DNA of 64,000 nucleotides, from contig NC_090392.1 in assembly GCF_036365525.1 (NCBI RefSeq), positions 61,319,247 through 61,383,246 on the forward strand. Direction: 5' to 3'. How positions within the stretch are numbered: position 1 is the first letter of the stretch; the number at the start of each line of letters is the position of its first letter. The translations under genes were made by a program, and so were the position numbers. The notes under the pieces are model-generated. The model had not been told where the DNA came from and did no database searches. It saw only the letters and a program-made list of their open reading frames with translations. The stretch is from Heterodontus francisci (lineage: Eukaryota). Positions 49,955 to 62,356 of this stretch are shown piece after piece.

Positions 49955-52900
49955 ATGTGAGCATTGACAGTGAGAGCCAACAGGCTGCTTTGTATGGCAT
50001 ATCAGAGTGTGTAAGGGAGGTGGTGGGAGGGGGTATGGGGCGGGTGGTGGTCACCAGTCACCGTTATGCAAGGAGCATATTTGTTGTATGTGTGTGGTGG
50101 CTGAGTTATCATCACGATTCATCATGTAGTTGCTTTGCTTTCAATCTCCTGTGTGTGTGTGGTTCAGTGAAGCAGCAGATTTCTCGCACTCCAGTAAATC
50201 ATGTACGTTATGAGCGCTGGACTTTGTAACATGATTATGTTTTAAAACTGTGATATTTTAAAAGTTTAAGATGGAGTTTGAGAAGTCAGATGACCTCACA
50301 TCCACTCTGCTTAAGGACAAGACAGAAATCTTGGTTAACAGGACAACAGAGAACACAGATGAAAAACTTTTTTTTGAAAAAAAACAGAGACAGCAGGGGT
50401 ATAACACCTGAAGAATAATGGGTTTCACCTTTCCAATCTTTCAAATCGTAAACAAGGAGTCAGTGATTCTGAGAATTCAAATATGCATGGCAGCTGCTAA
50501 CACCTGGAAACAATGGAAGATGCGGGTGGCTCTGCTGAAATCAGACTTCTGGACTTTGCATTTTGGAAAAGGACAATGAACTATTGGCTTTTGATTCCAG
50601 ATAAATTTAACAGATTTTCTGAAAGCATACAGGCTGTAAGAAAGGAAACCAGTGCTGATAGCCTCAAGGGAGAGAGAGGGTACACCTGCTGTCAGAGAAG
50701 ACTGATACAGCGAAAGGCTGCGAAGACTTGAACCTGTTCTGAAAGTTTAAGTTTTTAGAGTAGAGAAGACCAACAGGATCACCAGGGGATCACCTTATTC
50801 ACAGATGCCCAGGTCTGAAGTGCTTGGAGAAGTAAGCAGAGGACATTGGCTTTGAGAAAGGTCTGGGAGATCCAACCCATTGCAACTGGGAGGAATTTGG
50901 AACTTTTAACTGCAAAGACTTTGCCATCAAAGAGGACTATGTGACATATAAATGTGCTGTGAAGTTTTCAAGTATTTTAATAACTAAAGGAAATATCTTT
51001 CTTTGTAATATAATATCTTTCTTTGTAATTTGGGGTATCAGCTACCAACAAAGTACTATTTAGTTAATAGGGATTTATTTTAGTTTAATTGTTAGAATAA
51101 AAGCATGAAATCTTGTCATGTAATTTTTTATATTAGTCTGGGGGTCATCTCTTGTATTTTTAACATTAATGGTCTCACTGAGGTCGTAACAACTTATGGT
51201 ATATGCTTAATAAGATGTTGATACTCTTTCTGCACACAATTCTGGCCACTATTTAAAGAGGTGTGAACACATGGCAATAGTGGCAAATTTCACTTTTGCT
51301 TTGGCAGACATATTGGTAGCTAAATAGTTTTAAAAGTTACATGAAAACTAAAGCAAGTCCACAGTGGCATTGGGATGTACTCTACCACCACCTCTGACTC
51401 TTTAAATCCACAACACAAGTGCTGCAGAAAGTGGAAGACATTTGAGCGACCCTGAGAAAACTATGCTCTTGCGCTGAAGCGTGACCAAGAATCAGAACGA
51501 GTGCAGATAGTGACACATATCATAGTAATTGGGAAAGAGGAGTGTGGAGTCTATTCCATGTAGATGGACTGGGCTGTAGTTGGAGCTAGGAATAAGATAG
51601 AGCCGATGCTGATGAAGTTCTTTCTGTACTGCCAACTGCGCAAGAATGTTCCTTTTGTGAGATATATATTCAAAAGGAGAATGCAAGATACTGGTGAAAC
51701 ACATGACCAGCATTGCTCAGCAATGTGAATACTCACAGAAGGGTGCAAGTTCCAAACCATAATGCCAGAAGAGATACTTCAAGGCCAGGCTGTGTTTGGG
51801 ATTATGGATTCAAGGGTGTGAGAGACTGCTTCAAGAGGCTAATCCAACCTTTTTTTAAAATGGATGAGATTAGTAACGCATCTGAAAGCATGGTGGTGCA
51901 ACTCAAAAAGTCTTTGCCATCAATAAGGTCAATTCTATTGGTTTGGATGACTCAGAATATGTTGCACTTAAGCTGGAGTCAGGCAATTACACAAGATTTC
52001 AAAGATATGGATGCACAATGAGATGTAATTCCACTTCACCTGTACAAAAAAGCAACAAGAGATTTTTTGCTTGCAAAGATTGAACAACTTAAGACTGTGA
52101 TTGTAGCTTATGGAGGTTCAAGCCTCCCCATTATAGGACAGTACAAATCATGGACCAACATGGTGACTGGAAGTGCTAAGCTGGACAATAAGATCATCAA
52201 TAGCATGACCATATGGCCTCTGCTGGGTAGAAAGGACTGCCTGGGCATGGACATCATTAAGTATAATGATAATGATGAAAATTAACCTTTACTGGAGTAA
52301 TAGTATAGACGATCAATACCTGCAAACTACTAAACATGGAGTGTTTTTTACTGTAACATTATTGGATATTCAGTGATGGAGGTACGACAAGTTGAGGGAG
52401 AGTTCCGAATCAGGCTCCACAAGGCATTAGATCCAGTCCAACATGTCCCGTGTTATGTACCAGTGGCTGAAGGAAACCCTGGATGTTTGGTCAGACAGGA
52501 CATCATCGTTCTTGTAACAATGCCAACACCTTGGATCAGTTTGACGGTAGTTGCACCTAAGAAAAATAGCATACTACGCATCTGCTTCGATCCTAAAGAC
52601 TTAACCAAGGATATCAACCAAGAGCCTTATCCTTTACTAACTATTGAGAATGTAAAGACATGCCTACACGGTGCTAAAGCCTCCATGATTCTCAACATCT
52701 ACAATAGGTTTTGATATCTGAGGCTTGATGAACTACCACACTTTATTATATTCCACACACAGTTTGGATGGTGCTGCTGAAAGTGTACGCCATTTGGGAT
52801 CAGCTGAGTGCCAGAATTTTTCCAATGAAAAATGCATTAGCTGCTGGAAGGACTGAAAGGGATAGAAGTCATTTCAGATGATTTTTTGATGGTTGCTTTT

Positions 52901-54750
52901 GGAGAAATGCTTGAAGTTGCAATTTGAGACCATGATCAACAACTGGAAAATTTTCTATATCGATGCAACGATTGTGGAGTGGTATACACGGACAAAATTA
53001 AACTTTGTAAGCAAGAATTACCTTTTCTTAGACACATTGCCATGGAAAGAGGACTTTGTGTTGATCCAGAAAAATTGGAGATGCAGTGACCGATTGATGT
53101 AACAGGGATCCAGCAACTGCTTGGACTTGCTCAATATCTGAGTGAATTTCTCCTGCATCTGTCAGACGTAATGATTCTCAGACAGAATGGTTCTCTGGAG
53201 AGTTGTGAGTGTTGGCGCTGCAATGGCTTCTTTGATATTCTAATCTCAAGGAAGAAGTCATTCTACAATGTAGTACATCTCAATCTGAACTTGTAATAGC
53301 AATGATGCAAAGTAGACAACCAGTCACGTATGCATCAAGAGCACGGACATCAGCAGAGATGAGATATGCACAGATTGAGAAAGAGCTTCTAGCATTCGTG
53401 TTCGCCTGTAATAAATTTGAAGCTTACATCAATGGTCGGAATGTGGTGAATATTGAAACAGATCACCCTCCCTTAGAATTGATAGCGCTCAAGCTGTTCA
53501 ATAACCCACCTAAGAGACTTCAAAGAAAGCTGTTAAGATGCCAAAAATATTGTCAGAACATTTTGTATAAAAAAGGGTAGAAAGTGGTCCCAGCAGATAC
53601 ACTGAGCAGTGAGCATACCTGGCTGAATCTAATGCCTGTGAATTTACATGTGAGCTGGAAGAAATTGATCATCATTTCCAGTTGAAGACTCAGGCAGGCA
53701 ACAACGTAATCATGCTGCAGCGGATGGCTCGATTTAGAAGCATCTGTGGGTTATCATTTGGCAAGGCTGGTGTGGGATCAAATCAGATGTACCTGAATGC
53801 CTCTACCTCTACTTTGACTTTTAAGATTAACTTCTTGTCCAAGGGCAATTGATATTCAAGGGATAGCAACTCGTGGTACCAGCTGAATTGATAAAGAATT
53901 AAGATCAATCACTTATTCAGCACATATCGTCATTGAAGGTTGTCTTTGTAGAGTCTGTGACAGCCTCTACTGGCCCATGATGTCAATAGAGCTTTAATAA
54001 TACATTGCAAAGTCTGATATCTATTTGGCTAATTGCAATTCTCCAAGTACAGAACCATTACTACAACTTAAGATTGTAGCTAGGCCTTAGTCGAAGGCTG
54101 GAGCTGACCTTTGTGAGTTACATGGCTGTAGCCTGCTCGTTGTGTGTCGCTGTTACAGTAACTTTATCGAAATAGCCAGCCTCACTTTTGTTACCACATG
54201 CAGTGTTCTGAGAGAACTCCATGAGATGTTTGCAAGATTTGGGATACCCATCCGCAGAATTTATAGTGTGCAGGAGATGGGGATTGAGACATGAGATGTC
54301 ATCACCTCACTACCTGGAGTTCAACGGCAAAGCCGAAAATGCTGTCAAGCCTCAAACGACTTCACAAAGTGCTAGGAATCTGGTCAAGCACAGTTCTTAG
54401 CTCTATTAGATTCAGTCACAAGCTGAGTGAAAGCCTTGCACAGAGACTTATGCGCCGTTAGTGCAAGACATTACTTCTGATAGTGGGATCATTTCCACAG
54501 CCTTGCTGTTCGACTGGGGAAGATGCTCGTGTGCTTATTGGAAAGAAGCAACATCAGCAGCATCACTATGTGAGGAATCCTAAACCACTTCAAGAAATAC
54601 ACCCTGGTGATAGAGTGCTGATGTAATTCCTTGGCCAAAGTACTTGGAGTCTTGGAGCATGCACAAATATGGTGGGTCCTAGAAGTTACAACGTGCAAGT
54701 CGGACACTCATCATGCAGCAAGAATCAGTGTCAATTGATGTATGCTAATG
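49955..54750 (+). mobile_element. Decayed Ty3/Gypsy LTR retrotransposon (gag-pol pseudogene)
   Basis: RT (PWIS..VVAPKKNSILRICFDPKDL..PYPLLTIE), RNase H (PVTYASRA.TSAEMRYAQIEKELLA..ETDH.PLE) and integrase (NGKAENAVK) in Gypsy order, with many stops. Boundaries approximate. Confidence 0.88.
50225..51191 (+). mobile_element. Solo LTR (967 bp) nested at the 5' end of the Gypsy element
   Basis: TGTAAC...GTAACA termini, exact 4-bp TSD ACTT (50221-50224 and 51192-51195), AATAAA at about 51096. Confidence 0.85.
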
Positions 54751-54754
54751 AGCT

Positions 54755-55105
54755 ACTTTTTTTTCTTATTTGTTCATGGCATTGCTGGCAAGGTCAGCAT
54801 TAATAGCCCATCCCTTAATGACCTTGAAGATGGTAGTGAGCTGCTTTTTGAACCGCTGCAGTTTTTATGGTGTAGGTACATCATAGTGCTGTTAGGGAGG
54901 GAGTTCTAGGCTTTTGACCTCGTGACAGTGAAGGAATGGTGATATATTTCCAAGTCAGGATGACGTGTGACTTGGAGGCGAACTTGCAGATGGTGGTGTT
55001 CCTATGCGTTTGCTGCTCTTATTCGTCTCGGTGGTAGAGGTCAGGGGTTTGGAAGGTAGTGCAGAAGGCGCCTTGGCGGGTTGCTTCAGTGCATCTTGTA
55101 GGTAA
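54755..55105 (-). mobile_element. CR1/L2-clade LINE 3' end
   Basis: Reverse complement of the 13390-13915 family tail. Confidence 0.8.
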
Positions 55106-55483
55106 TACAAAACTAACATTAAAACACTTTTCAGATTATAATTTTGTTCCTTTTGTTTACTATGCACTCTAATGCCTCCAGTAGACTTCATTCATATGTT
55201 GATCTGTTTCAAATGATTGGCATTTTGCAGAGAATGGCCCTACTTGCAACTGAAATAAATTCCTGCATGACACAATAGTTAAGATTAACCAATGCATTTT
55301 TTCTCTTTCTGGCAGTTGATGCACAATACCTGAACAATTTGCAGCTCAATTTATGTAGATATAGTTTAATTGTTGATGCACAGAAAAGCAAAGAAGGTGA
55401 GAATGATCAGAAAACATTCTGAATGGGTAATTCAGTGAATAGTCCAAAACACAGACCAATAATTGTACTGAAAATAGATGAAA

Positions 55484-55620
55484 ATGTTCTGATGAAAGGC
55501 CACTGACCTGAAACATTAACTCTGCTTCTCTCCCACAGATGCTGCCTGACCTGCTGAGTATTTCCAGTACTTTTTGTTTTTATTTCAGATTTCCAGCATC
55601 TGCAATATTTTGCTTTTATG
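55484..55620 (+). mobile_element. Penelope pLTR fragment with intact hammerhead core
   Basis: gtt CTGATGA a aggcca-c-tgacct GAAAC att aactct followed by the family tail. Confidence 0.8.
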
Positions 55621-55769
55621 TAAATAGAAAATGCTGGCTATACACAGCAAGTAAGTCAACATCTGTAGGATATCATATCATGGATGTATATTCTTCATTA
55701 GAAGTGAAGACTGATAGCTAAGTATTGTAGCAAGGGTTTGAAGAAAAGAGCAAGAAAAGGCAGGAGAAG

Positions 55770-56480
55770 ATCTTTGTGAACCAGAGAAGTATTTAAAGAG
55801 GCTTTTGAAGGAAGTGAGAGGGGTAACAGAGTGGAATAATTTAGGGAGAGAATTTAAAGAGCAGCAATGCAGTGGCTAAAGAAATTTTATCTGATACTGG
55901 ACTGAAGCTGCAGAATTACACTAAAATTGGTTTGCATGATTTGGGAATATATTGCTCAGTTAAGATAGGGGAGAGATTTGAAAATAAGGATGTGGTTTTT
56001 GATACACTGCGGTGATTGGAACCAAGCAGAGTTTGCCAAACAGAAGGCTGGTGGGAGTGCAGGACTTTGTATGGGAGAGAACTTTGAATTGTGGAGTTTG
56101 TAAATGAAAGAAATTTGGGAAGTCAGTTTTGTAGGTATTGGCAATTGTAGATATTAGGGTTTTGGCGATGGAAAGAGGGTGTACATAGAAGGGGCACAGA
56201 CAATGTTTCAAAGGTGGAAAAGTGCATTCCTGGCTACTGATCTGATATGAGGCAAGAAAGTCAGCTGAGAGTTGAAAAGGGTTTTGAGACTGTGGGCAAT
56301 GGAGGTTGATATTGTTGGAGCTTCCTAAAGAGCTTTGGGTTTGCCAGTGTTCAGATGAAGAGTTGCTGTTAGACAAGTAATTGGTTAGTAGTGAAGTCAG
56401 TCGTGGTAGGAGAGTTGGTGTCATTGGCACATGTGAACATTCATCCTGTATTTGTGGATGATGTGGCCAAGGGAAGGCAG
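55770..56480 (-). mobile_element. L2-clade LINE fragment
   Basis: Minus strand reads ...IKNHILIFKSLPY, similar to the 36310-37200 element. Confidence 0.65.
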
Positions 56481-56671
56481 AAAATCATAGAATGATACAG
56501 CACAGGAGGCTATTTGGCCCATCATGCCTATGCCGGGAGGGGACTGAAGATGGATTCCAAGTGTACAGATTTGTAACCAATCATTACAAAGACAAGAAAT
56601 TGTTATTAAAAACGCATCTTAAATATTCAGATTTATTAATGTGTTTTTTATTTAAATTAAATTTTTTATTT

Positions 56672-57017
56672 TAAATTTAGAGATACAGCACTGAAACAGA
56701 CCCTTCAGCCCACTGACTCTGTGCCAACCATCAACCACCCATTTATACTAATCCTACACTAATTCCATATTCCTACCACATCCCCACCTGTCCCTATATT
56801 TCCCTACCACCTACCTATACTCGGGGCAATTTATAAAGGCCAATTTACCTATCAACCTGCAATTCTTTGGCATGTGGGAGGAAACCAGAGCACCCGGAGG
56901 AAACCCACGCAGACACAGGGAGAACTTGCAAACTCCACACAGGCAGGACCCAGAATTGAACCCGGGTTGCTGGAGCTGTGAGGCTGCAGTGCTAACCACT
57001 GCGCCACTGTGCCGTCC
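56672..57017 (-). mobile_element. tRNA-derived V-SINE (HE1-like)
   Basis: Minus-strand head with A box (GTGGCGCAGTGG) and B box (GGGTTCAATTC), V-domain gtctgcgtgggtttcctccgggtgctctggtttcctcccaca, and a CR1-like tail. Confidence 0.88.
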
Positions 57018-57959
57018 TTGTCAGTCCTGGGAAATGGAATATTGTGGACCTGCAGCACTTCTCTGCCAACATAACAAAAGGGGTACGCTCCCCTTTGTAT
57101 TTCATCTCTAACGTACTGTAATAATGTAGTTTTGTTCATCTCCCACACACACCCATGCTTTGTCACTTTACCAAATTACCAAACCAGGTTTGTGTTGTGG
57201 TTCCCTATGTACACATTTCATGAGACTATCCAGAGGTATTTGAGACAGAACTCTGAGAATTCAGGTCACAGCAAGGTGGAAAACTACTCTGCCATTCAGT
57301 AATTTGGCATCATGCATACTAACGATCCATGTCTGCCATGGACGGTTCAGTATTTCATGGATCCAGTCTGTGAAGGAGGATGCCAGCTTGAAATGTGCCA
57401 GTTTAAATGGTAATGGAAGAAAATCACCTAATTGTACTAGGTTGGCAGCACATGTTGGCAAATGCTCATTTTAAAGGAATGCACAATTCTGAATTTTCTG
57501 CCTATATCCTTGGTTCCATGATGAATAAGTCAGGATTCAAAACTCCTCTGCAATTAAGAAATTATTTTCAGTAAGTTAGTTAGGTCTTGTCCAGCTGGTA
57601 ATGGATTATTTATTACGACTGGGTGAAAGGAGTTTTATATAATTTTTTATGTATGATTCTTAATATAAAGTTTAACAAAATCAAATGGAAAATAGAGTAG
57701 TTTTCAATAAAGTTTAGTGAATGCACCTTCTTTAGGCAAATAATGTAACGCCTGTGTTCATTGTAAATTCTAAAATACTGGAAAATGCAGCAAATGAAGT
57801 GTCATAAATCAAAAATGGCCTGGAACATAACTTTTGTGTGTTCATTATTTGTATCTTCCAATCAAGTTTTTATGTACAAATGTTTAATATTTTACTGCAA
57901 TAGGTGTCAAGAAATGATGGTATTCCGACAATTTAAGTTACAAAGCCCTTGGCTTTGAA

Positions 57960-58420
57960 GGGAATGCAATGTGGATTTACCAGAATTACACCTGGATTCC
58001 AAAGGTTAAATTACGAGGTGAGATTACACAAATTTGTATCGCCTGAAATGTAGAAGGTTAAGGGGTGAGTTATTCAAAGTTTTCAAGATATTAAAGGGAA
58101 TAGATAGGGTAGGCTGGGAGAAACTATTTCCACTAGTTGGGGAGTCCGGGACTGCAAGGGGCGGGGGATGCGGACAGGGATTTGTCTAAAAATTAGAGCC
58201 AGACCTTTCAGGAGTGAAATTAGGAAACACTTGTACACACAAGGGGTGGTAGAAGTTTGGAATTCTGTTCTGCAAACAGTAATTGATGTCAGGTCAGTTG
58301 TTAATTTTAAATCTGCGGTTGACAGATTCTTGTTAACCATATGCAGACAGATCAGCCACAATCTCATTGAATGGTGGAACATGCTTGAGGGGCTAAATGG
58401 TGTATTCCTCTTCCTATGTT
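57960..58420 (+). mobile_element. CR1 LINE 3' fragment
   Basis: FRSEIRKHLYTQGVVEVWNSV..FKSAVDRFL. Confidence 0.8.
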
Positions 58421-58649
58421 CGTTGCAGTTATGTTGTGGGCTTATAATCAGTTCTTGAGTTGTCAGTTTTCTAAAGCTTTTGGTCAGCTTATGCTAGTTT
58501 TCGAGTTTAGTATTTGTGACTCATATCAAATGACGTTTATTACTGCATTGCCCATAAAGCACTCAATCTGAGCATTTAATTTTGAACCGTGTCTTATAAA
58601 ATTAAACTGGTACCCAACAAGCAATCTGGCATTCTCTAACTTTTGGGCG

Positions 58650-58867
58650 ATATCTGACGTCCAGGCTCGCGGGGCGGAAGTGGGGCCTGATTGCGTGGCT
58701 AGTGGTGCGGAAGTGGGGGCCGATGACGTGGCTAGTGGGGCGGAAGTGGGGCTCGAGGGGAGGCTCGCGGGGCCCGAAGTCGAGGCGAGCGGGATTAAAA
58801 GGCGCCTGAGCTGTAATTACAAACTGAGTTTGGTCCAACGAAACCGGGAAAAGCCAGAGCAACCATC
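58650..58867 (+). promoter_or_regulatory. RBM7 CpG-island promoter with repeated ETS (CGGAAGT) and CRE-like (TGACGT) motifs
   Basis: CGGAAGT at 58675, 58708 and 58741; TGACGT at about 58655 and 58724; lies directly upstream of the ATG. Confidence 0.8.
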
Positions 58868-58960
58868 ATGGGAGTATCGAACGATGCGGATAAAACATTG
58901 TTCATCGGGAACCTGGATCTGAGAGTAACTGAGGAGCTTCTGTTCGAGCTGTTCCTGCAG
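58868..58960 (+). CDS. RBM7: RBM7 exon 1 (RRM, RNP2)
   Basis: MGVSNDADKTLFIGNLDLRVTEELLFELFLQ, donor gtgggt. Linkage to REXO2 favours RBM7 over its paralogue RBM11. Confidence 0.94.
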
Positions 58961-59369
58961 GTGGGTCTGGGCCTAATGAAGCTTCTCAGCCTCGGGCCTT
59001 GAACATGTCTCAGCGGCTCTGTTGTTTGGTTTGGGGGTTGGAAACGCGGAGTCGTTCTGTTATTTTTCTTTGAATTATTTTTTGAATTTTTTCTATTCGC
59101 TTTAACTCGGCTACTTTTTCAAGTCTCTGCTATTTATTGAAGCGGGTAGACGATGTTTGGCCTGCCTTTTGTTGCCGGCAGGATAAACTTTCCCAGGGGT
59201 CAGAAAAATAAAAAATAAAAACTCCCACAGGTTTTCCATCTGAGCAACATTCGTACATTCATTCATTCCCCTGCTGCTTTACTTGTGTTCACATTGGAAA
59301 GGTTCCAGGTCCGGTTTTTTCCCCAGGTTCTCCAAGTTAAATGAGTTTGTTTCAAACTCCTCAACCTCA

Positions 59370-59755
59370 GCTGGAAGAATGAGAGGTGATCTTATTGAAA
59401 CATGTAAGGTTGTAAGGGGGCTTAACAGGGTTGATGTTGAGAATATGTTTCCACTGGTGGGAGAATCTCGAACTAGGGGACATAGTTACAGAATAAGGGG
59501 GCACACATTTAAAACTGAGATGCCAAGAAATTTCTTCTGAGATTGGTGAATCTCTGGAATTCTCTGCTTCAGAGTTGTGGAGGCTAGGTCACTAAATTAT
59601 ATTTAAGGAGGAGGTAGATAGATTTTTGAAATCTCGGGGAGTTGAGGGATATACAGAGCAGGCCCGAAGAGGAGTTGAGGCCTGGGACAGATCAGTCTTG
59701 ATCTTATTGAATGACGGGGCTGGCTGGCCTACTCCTGCTCCTATTTCTTATGTTC
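59370..59755 (+). mobile_element. CR1 LINE 3' fragment in RBM7 intron 1
   Basis: RMRGDLIET.K...ESRTRGHS and ctcctatttcttatgtt tail. Confidence 0.85.
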
Positions 59756-59890
59756 AATGTTCTAACATAATTTAGTTCACTAATTCGCCGGGCACTTTTT
59801 TCAAGTTGATGGTATTTTTGTGTTTGCTTTTCTCGACTTGATTAAAAATGTACTCTCTCTAGTCCCACTTCCTATTTTCTTTTTTGCCAG

Positions 59891-60053
59891 GCTGGCCCAC
59901 TCCTTGCTGTAAAAGTCCCCAAAGACAAGGATGGAAAGTCAAAGCAGTTCGCGTTCGTGCATTTTAAGCACATAGAGTCGGTCCATTATGGAAAGGACTT
60001 GTTGAATGGAATACAACTGTATGGCAGGGCTATCAAGATCCAGTTCAGATCAG
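59891..60053 (+). CDS. RBM7: RBM7 exon 2 (RRM, RNP1)
   Basis: 163 bp, gtaagg donor. Encodes AGPLLAVKVPKDKDGKSKQFAFVHFKHIESVHYGKDLLNGIQLYGRAIKIQFRS. Confidence 0.95.
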
Positions 60054-60773
60054 GTAAGGAATGGCTAAATCATTTTTATTTGGTTTTGCAGGTTATTTCC
60101 TCTCATCTGGGGATTGTTTAACTTTTTTAATAGTTTGCCTAATTTTAAAAAAACATAGACTACTTTCATGTCAGACAATGCAAATCTATTCCCAGATGTC
60201 CAACCTTTGAGCTGGTTGCTCGAAAGGGACGAAGGGTGTCGGTGAACTGTAGGAGTTACTAGTGGAATTGGGCAGGGCACTTTAATACACACCATGCAAA
60301 GATTAAACTTAAAAGTCCTTGTCAATTTTGCTACTCTGTAATGGACCCTCTTAAAGATGAGTTGGATTATATTTGTATGCTTGTGGAACTTTTTTTTTGG
60401 CTTTACATTGGCTATGCCACTATAATGTAGGGTACACAGTTTATATGCTTGAGTATTACCTGATCTGGTAATTTGCAAATGGACGCTGATACTGCTGTCA
60501 CCACCAACCTTTGTTTAGAGGTTGGAATCTCTGAAGGAGATAACTTAAGTAGTTTGACTTGGAGTGGAGATAGCTGCTTCAGTTTAAGCTGGTTGAGGGA
60601 AAGAGAGGGATGTGAAAATTAGAATTTAACAACTGAGATGCAGGCATAAAGATGGAGGAATCTCAATTGTAAGCAAATGACTATCAATTTAGAATGTCTT
60701 TTTTATTGCAGGGAAGTTTAAAACGAGCTTTTGTATTTGAAATTTGCAGTAATTTCCTATGTTCTGTTCGTAG

Positions 60774-60864
60774 GTAGTGTTCATGAATCTCGGGAAGGAA
60801 ACCAGTCTCAGAATTCAACTGCTTCTCACACACCCTACAATTCTAACCAGTTCAACAATAATCG
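60774..60864 (+). CDS. RBM7: RBM7 exon 3
   Basis: cgtag acceptor, gtatag donor, phases consistent with neighbours. Encodes GSVHESREGNQSQNSTASHTPYNSNQFNNNR. Confidence 0.8.
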
Positions 60865-61797
60865 GTATAGACTGGCTTTTGTGACTTGTTCAACTATTTT
60901 ATTTTTCAGCTCTACATGTGGCTAGCTAGGAGTGTAATCTATTTGCTACATCAGACTTTAAAAAAAAAATCACCAATCCACTTTATGTAATGAGAACTTG
61001 CAATGGCCCAAATGTTGCTTTTTAGATTGAGTGTTGAAAGAGCCTTTGCTGTTCTGAAGTCCTGAAGTTTAGTTCTTGGGCTAGGTCTGGAAGCTATACA
61101 GGTTATTTGGGAAATTTTGGACGTTGTGTTTGGCGCATCCATGTTATCGTACAGACATTTAACTCCAGTTATTGTATGGAAAAGCTGGTGTAAAAATCAC
61201 TATTTGGAGGTAGTCTCAACAGTGGGCATCACTTTCAAGGTTAGTGCATGCATTGCACGGCAACGGGCACAAAAGTGCAGAATAAAGTGGTGATGGGAAA
61301 CTTGCACTAAGGTTTGTATTGAAGATGTCAATAATTCTGTTTGTAAATTTGGTGTTGGAAGAAATTCAATCTTCGTCGCCATTAATTTTCAGCTCATTAT
61401 ACTCCTGCATTTCAAGCAGTGTAAAATTTACTTGGGAAGCAGGACTCTGAGCTTCTGTAACAGTTGAAATCAATGGGAGTTGGCTAAATCCTGCACATTC
61501 TTAACTTTTCACATTTCTTCTGTTGGAAATTAGGAAAAAGAAATGGAGATTATAATAACGCCTACTCAAAACACCAGGTCGTCGTCCCAATGCTCTTGCA
61601 TTGGGGGAAATGCCATGGTGGTAAATGTGTTTGTGAAATTACAGAGCACTGGGGGCCCTATCCTACATCCATGTGAACGCTTTTACAATGCTTGAGTTAT
61701 TTGGATTTGAACAGATTTTCGGAAATTGTTTTTGGTCTGTATTGCTTCTTGTATCTTTATAAAGTGATCGCCTTCCCTTTCCACCTCTTCCCCACAG

Positions 61798-61909
61798 CTC
61801 TGACAGGTTTCAGCGGGGAATGGATAATACAGGCTCTCAAATATTTGCAACTCCACAGTCAGTACAAAGATCATTTTCTTCACCTGATGGTCTTCAAAGG
61901 CAGGTCATG
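61798..61909 (+). CDS. RBM7: RBM7 exon 4
   Basis: Polypyrimidine tract plus cag, gtaagt donor. Encodes SDRFQRGMDNTGSQIFATPQSVQRSFSSPDGLQRQVM. An alternative in-frame acceptor gives a start at 61807. Confidence 0.9.
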
Positions 61910-62004
61910 GTAAGTGAAATAACTTTGTGAAAAATCTATTTCCACACCAAGTTTGTTGGGGTAAAACTACTCTGAAATATAAATTTCCAGGTACTGTCTA
62001 CTAT

Positions 62005-62356
62005 TGTTCATGTCTGCAATTGTATCCTAATTATATATAAATGGTGCTACAGCCATTCTGGATTTTAAAACCAAAAATTAAATTTTGATGGAGATGTGAT
62101 TCTTTAACATTGTTTAAAAATTTCATATGAAATACCATTTTAATAACCATGAACCTTTGGATGTATTTTTTTTTTTTTGTTGAAGTCCTCTTAACTTCTT
62201 AAATTCATTTGTATTTTTCTATGCCCGTATTCTCAAATTCTGTACATAACAGGAAACCTTATCACATCTCCATCAAAATTTAATTTTTGGTTTTAAAATC
62301 TAGAATGGCTGTAGCACCATTTATATATAATTAGGATACAATTGCAGACATGAACA
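62005..62356. repeat. 96-bp inverted repeat (62005-62100 and 62261-62356) with a 160-bp spacer
   Basis: Arms are reverse complements at 95 of 96 positions by direct reading. Confidence 0.95.

Noticed and set aside
50992-51029. 18-bp direct repeat AATATCTTTCTTTGTAAT
   Set aside because: Simple slippage duplication inside a solo LTR.
56940-57017. tRNA-like A and B boxes on the minus strand
   Set aside because: They form the head of a V-SINE continuous with the V domain; no full cloverleaf.
58671-58790. Regularly spaced repeats suggestive of a CRISPR array
   Set aside because: Eukaryotic promoter; the spacers are copies of one another and there are no cas genes.
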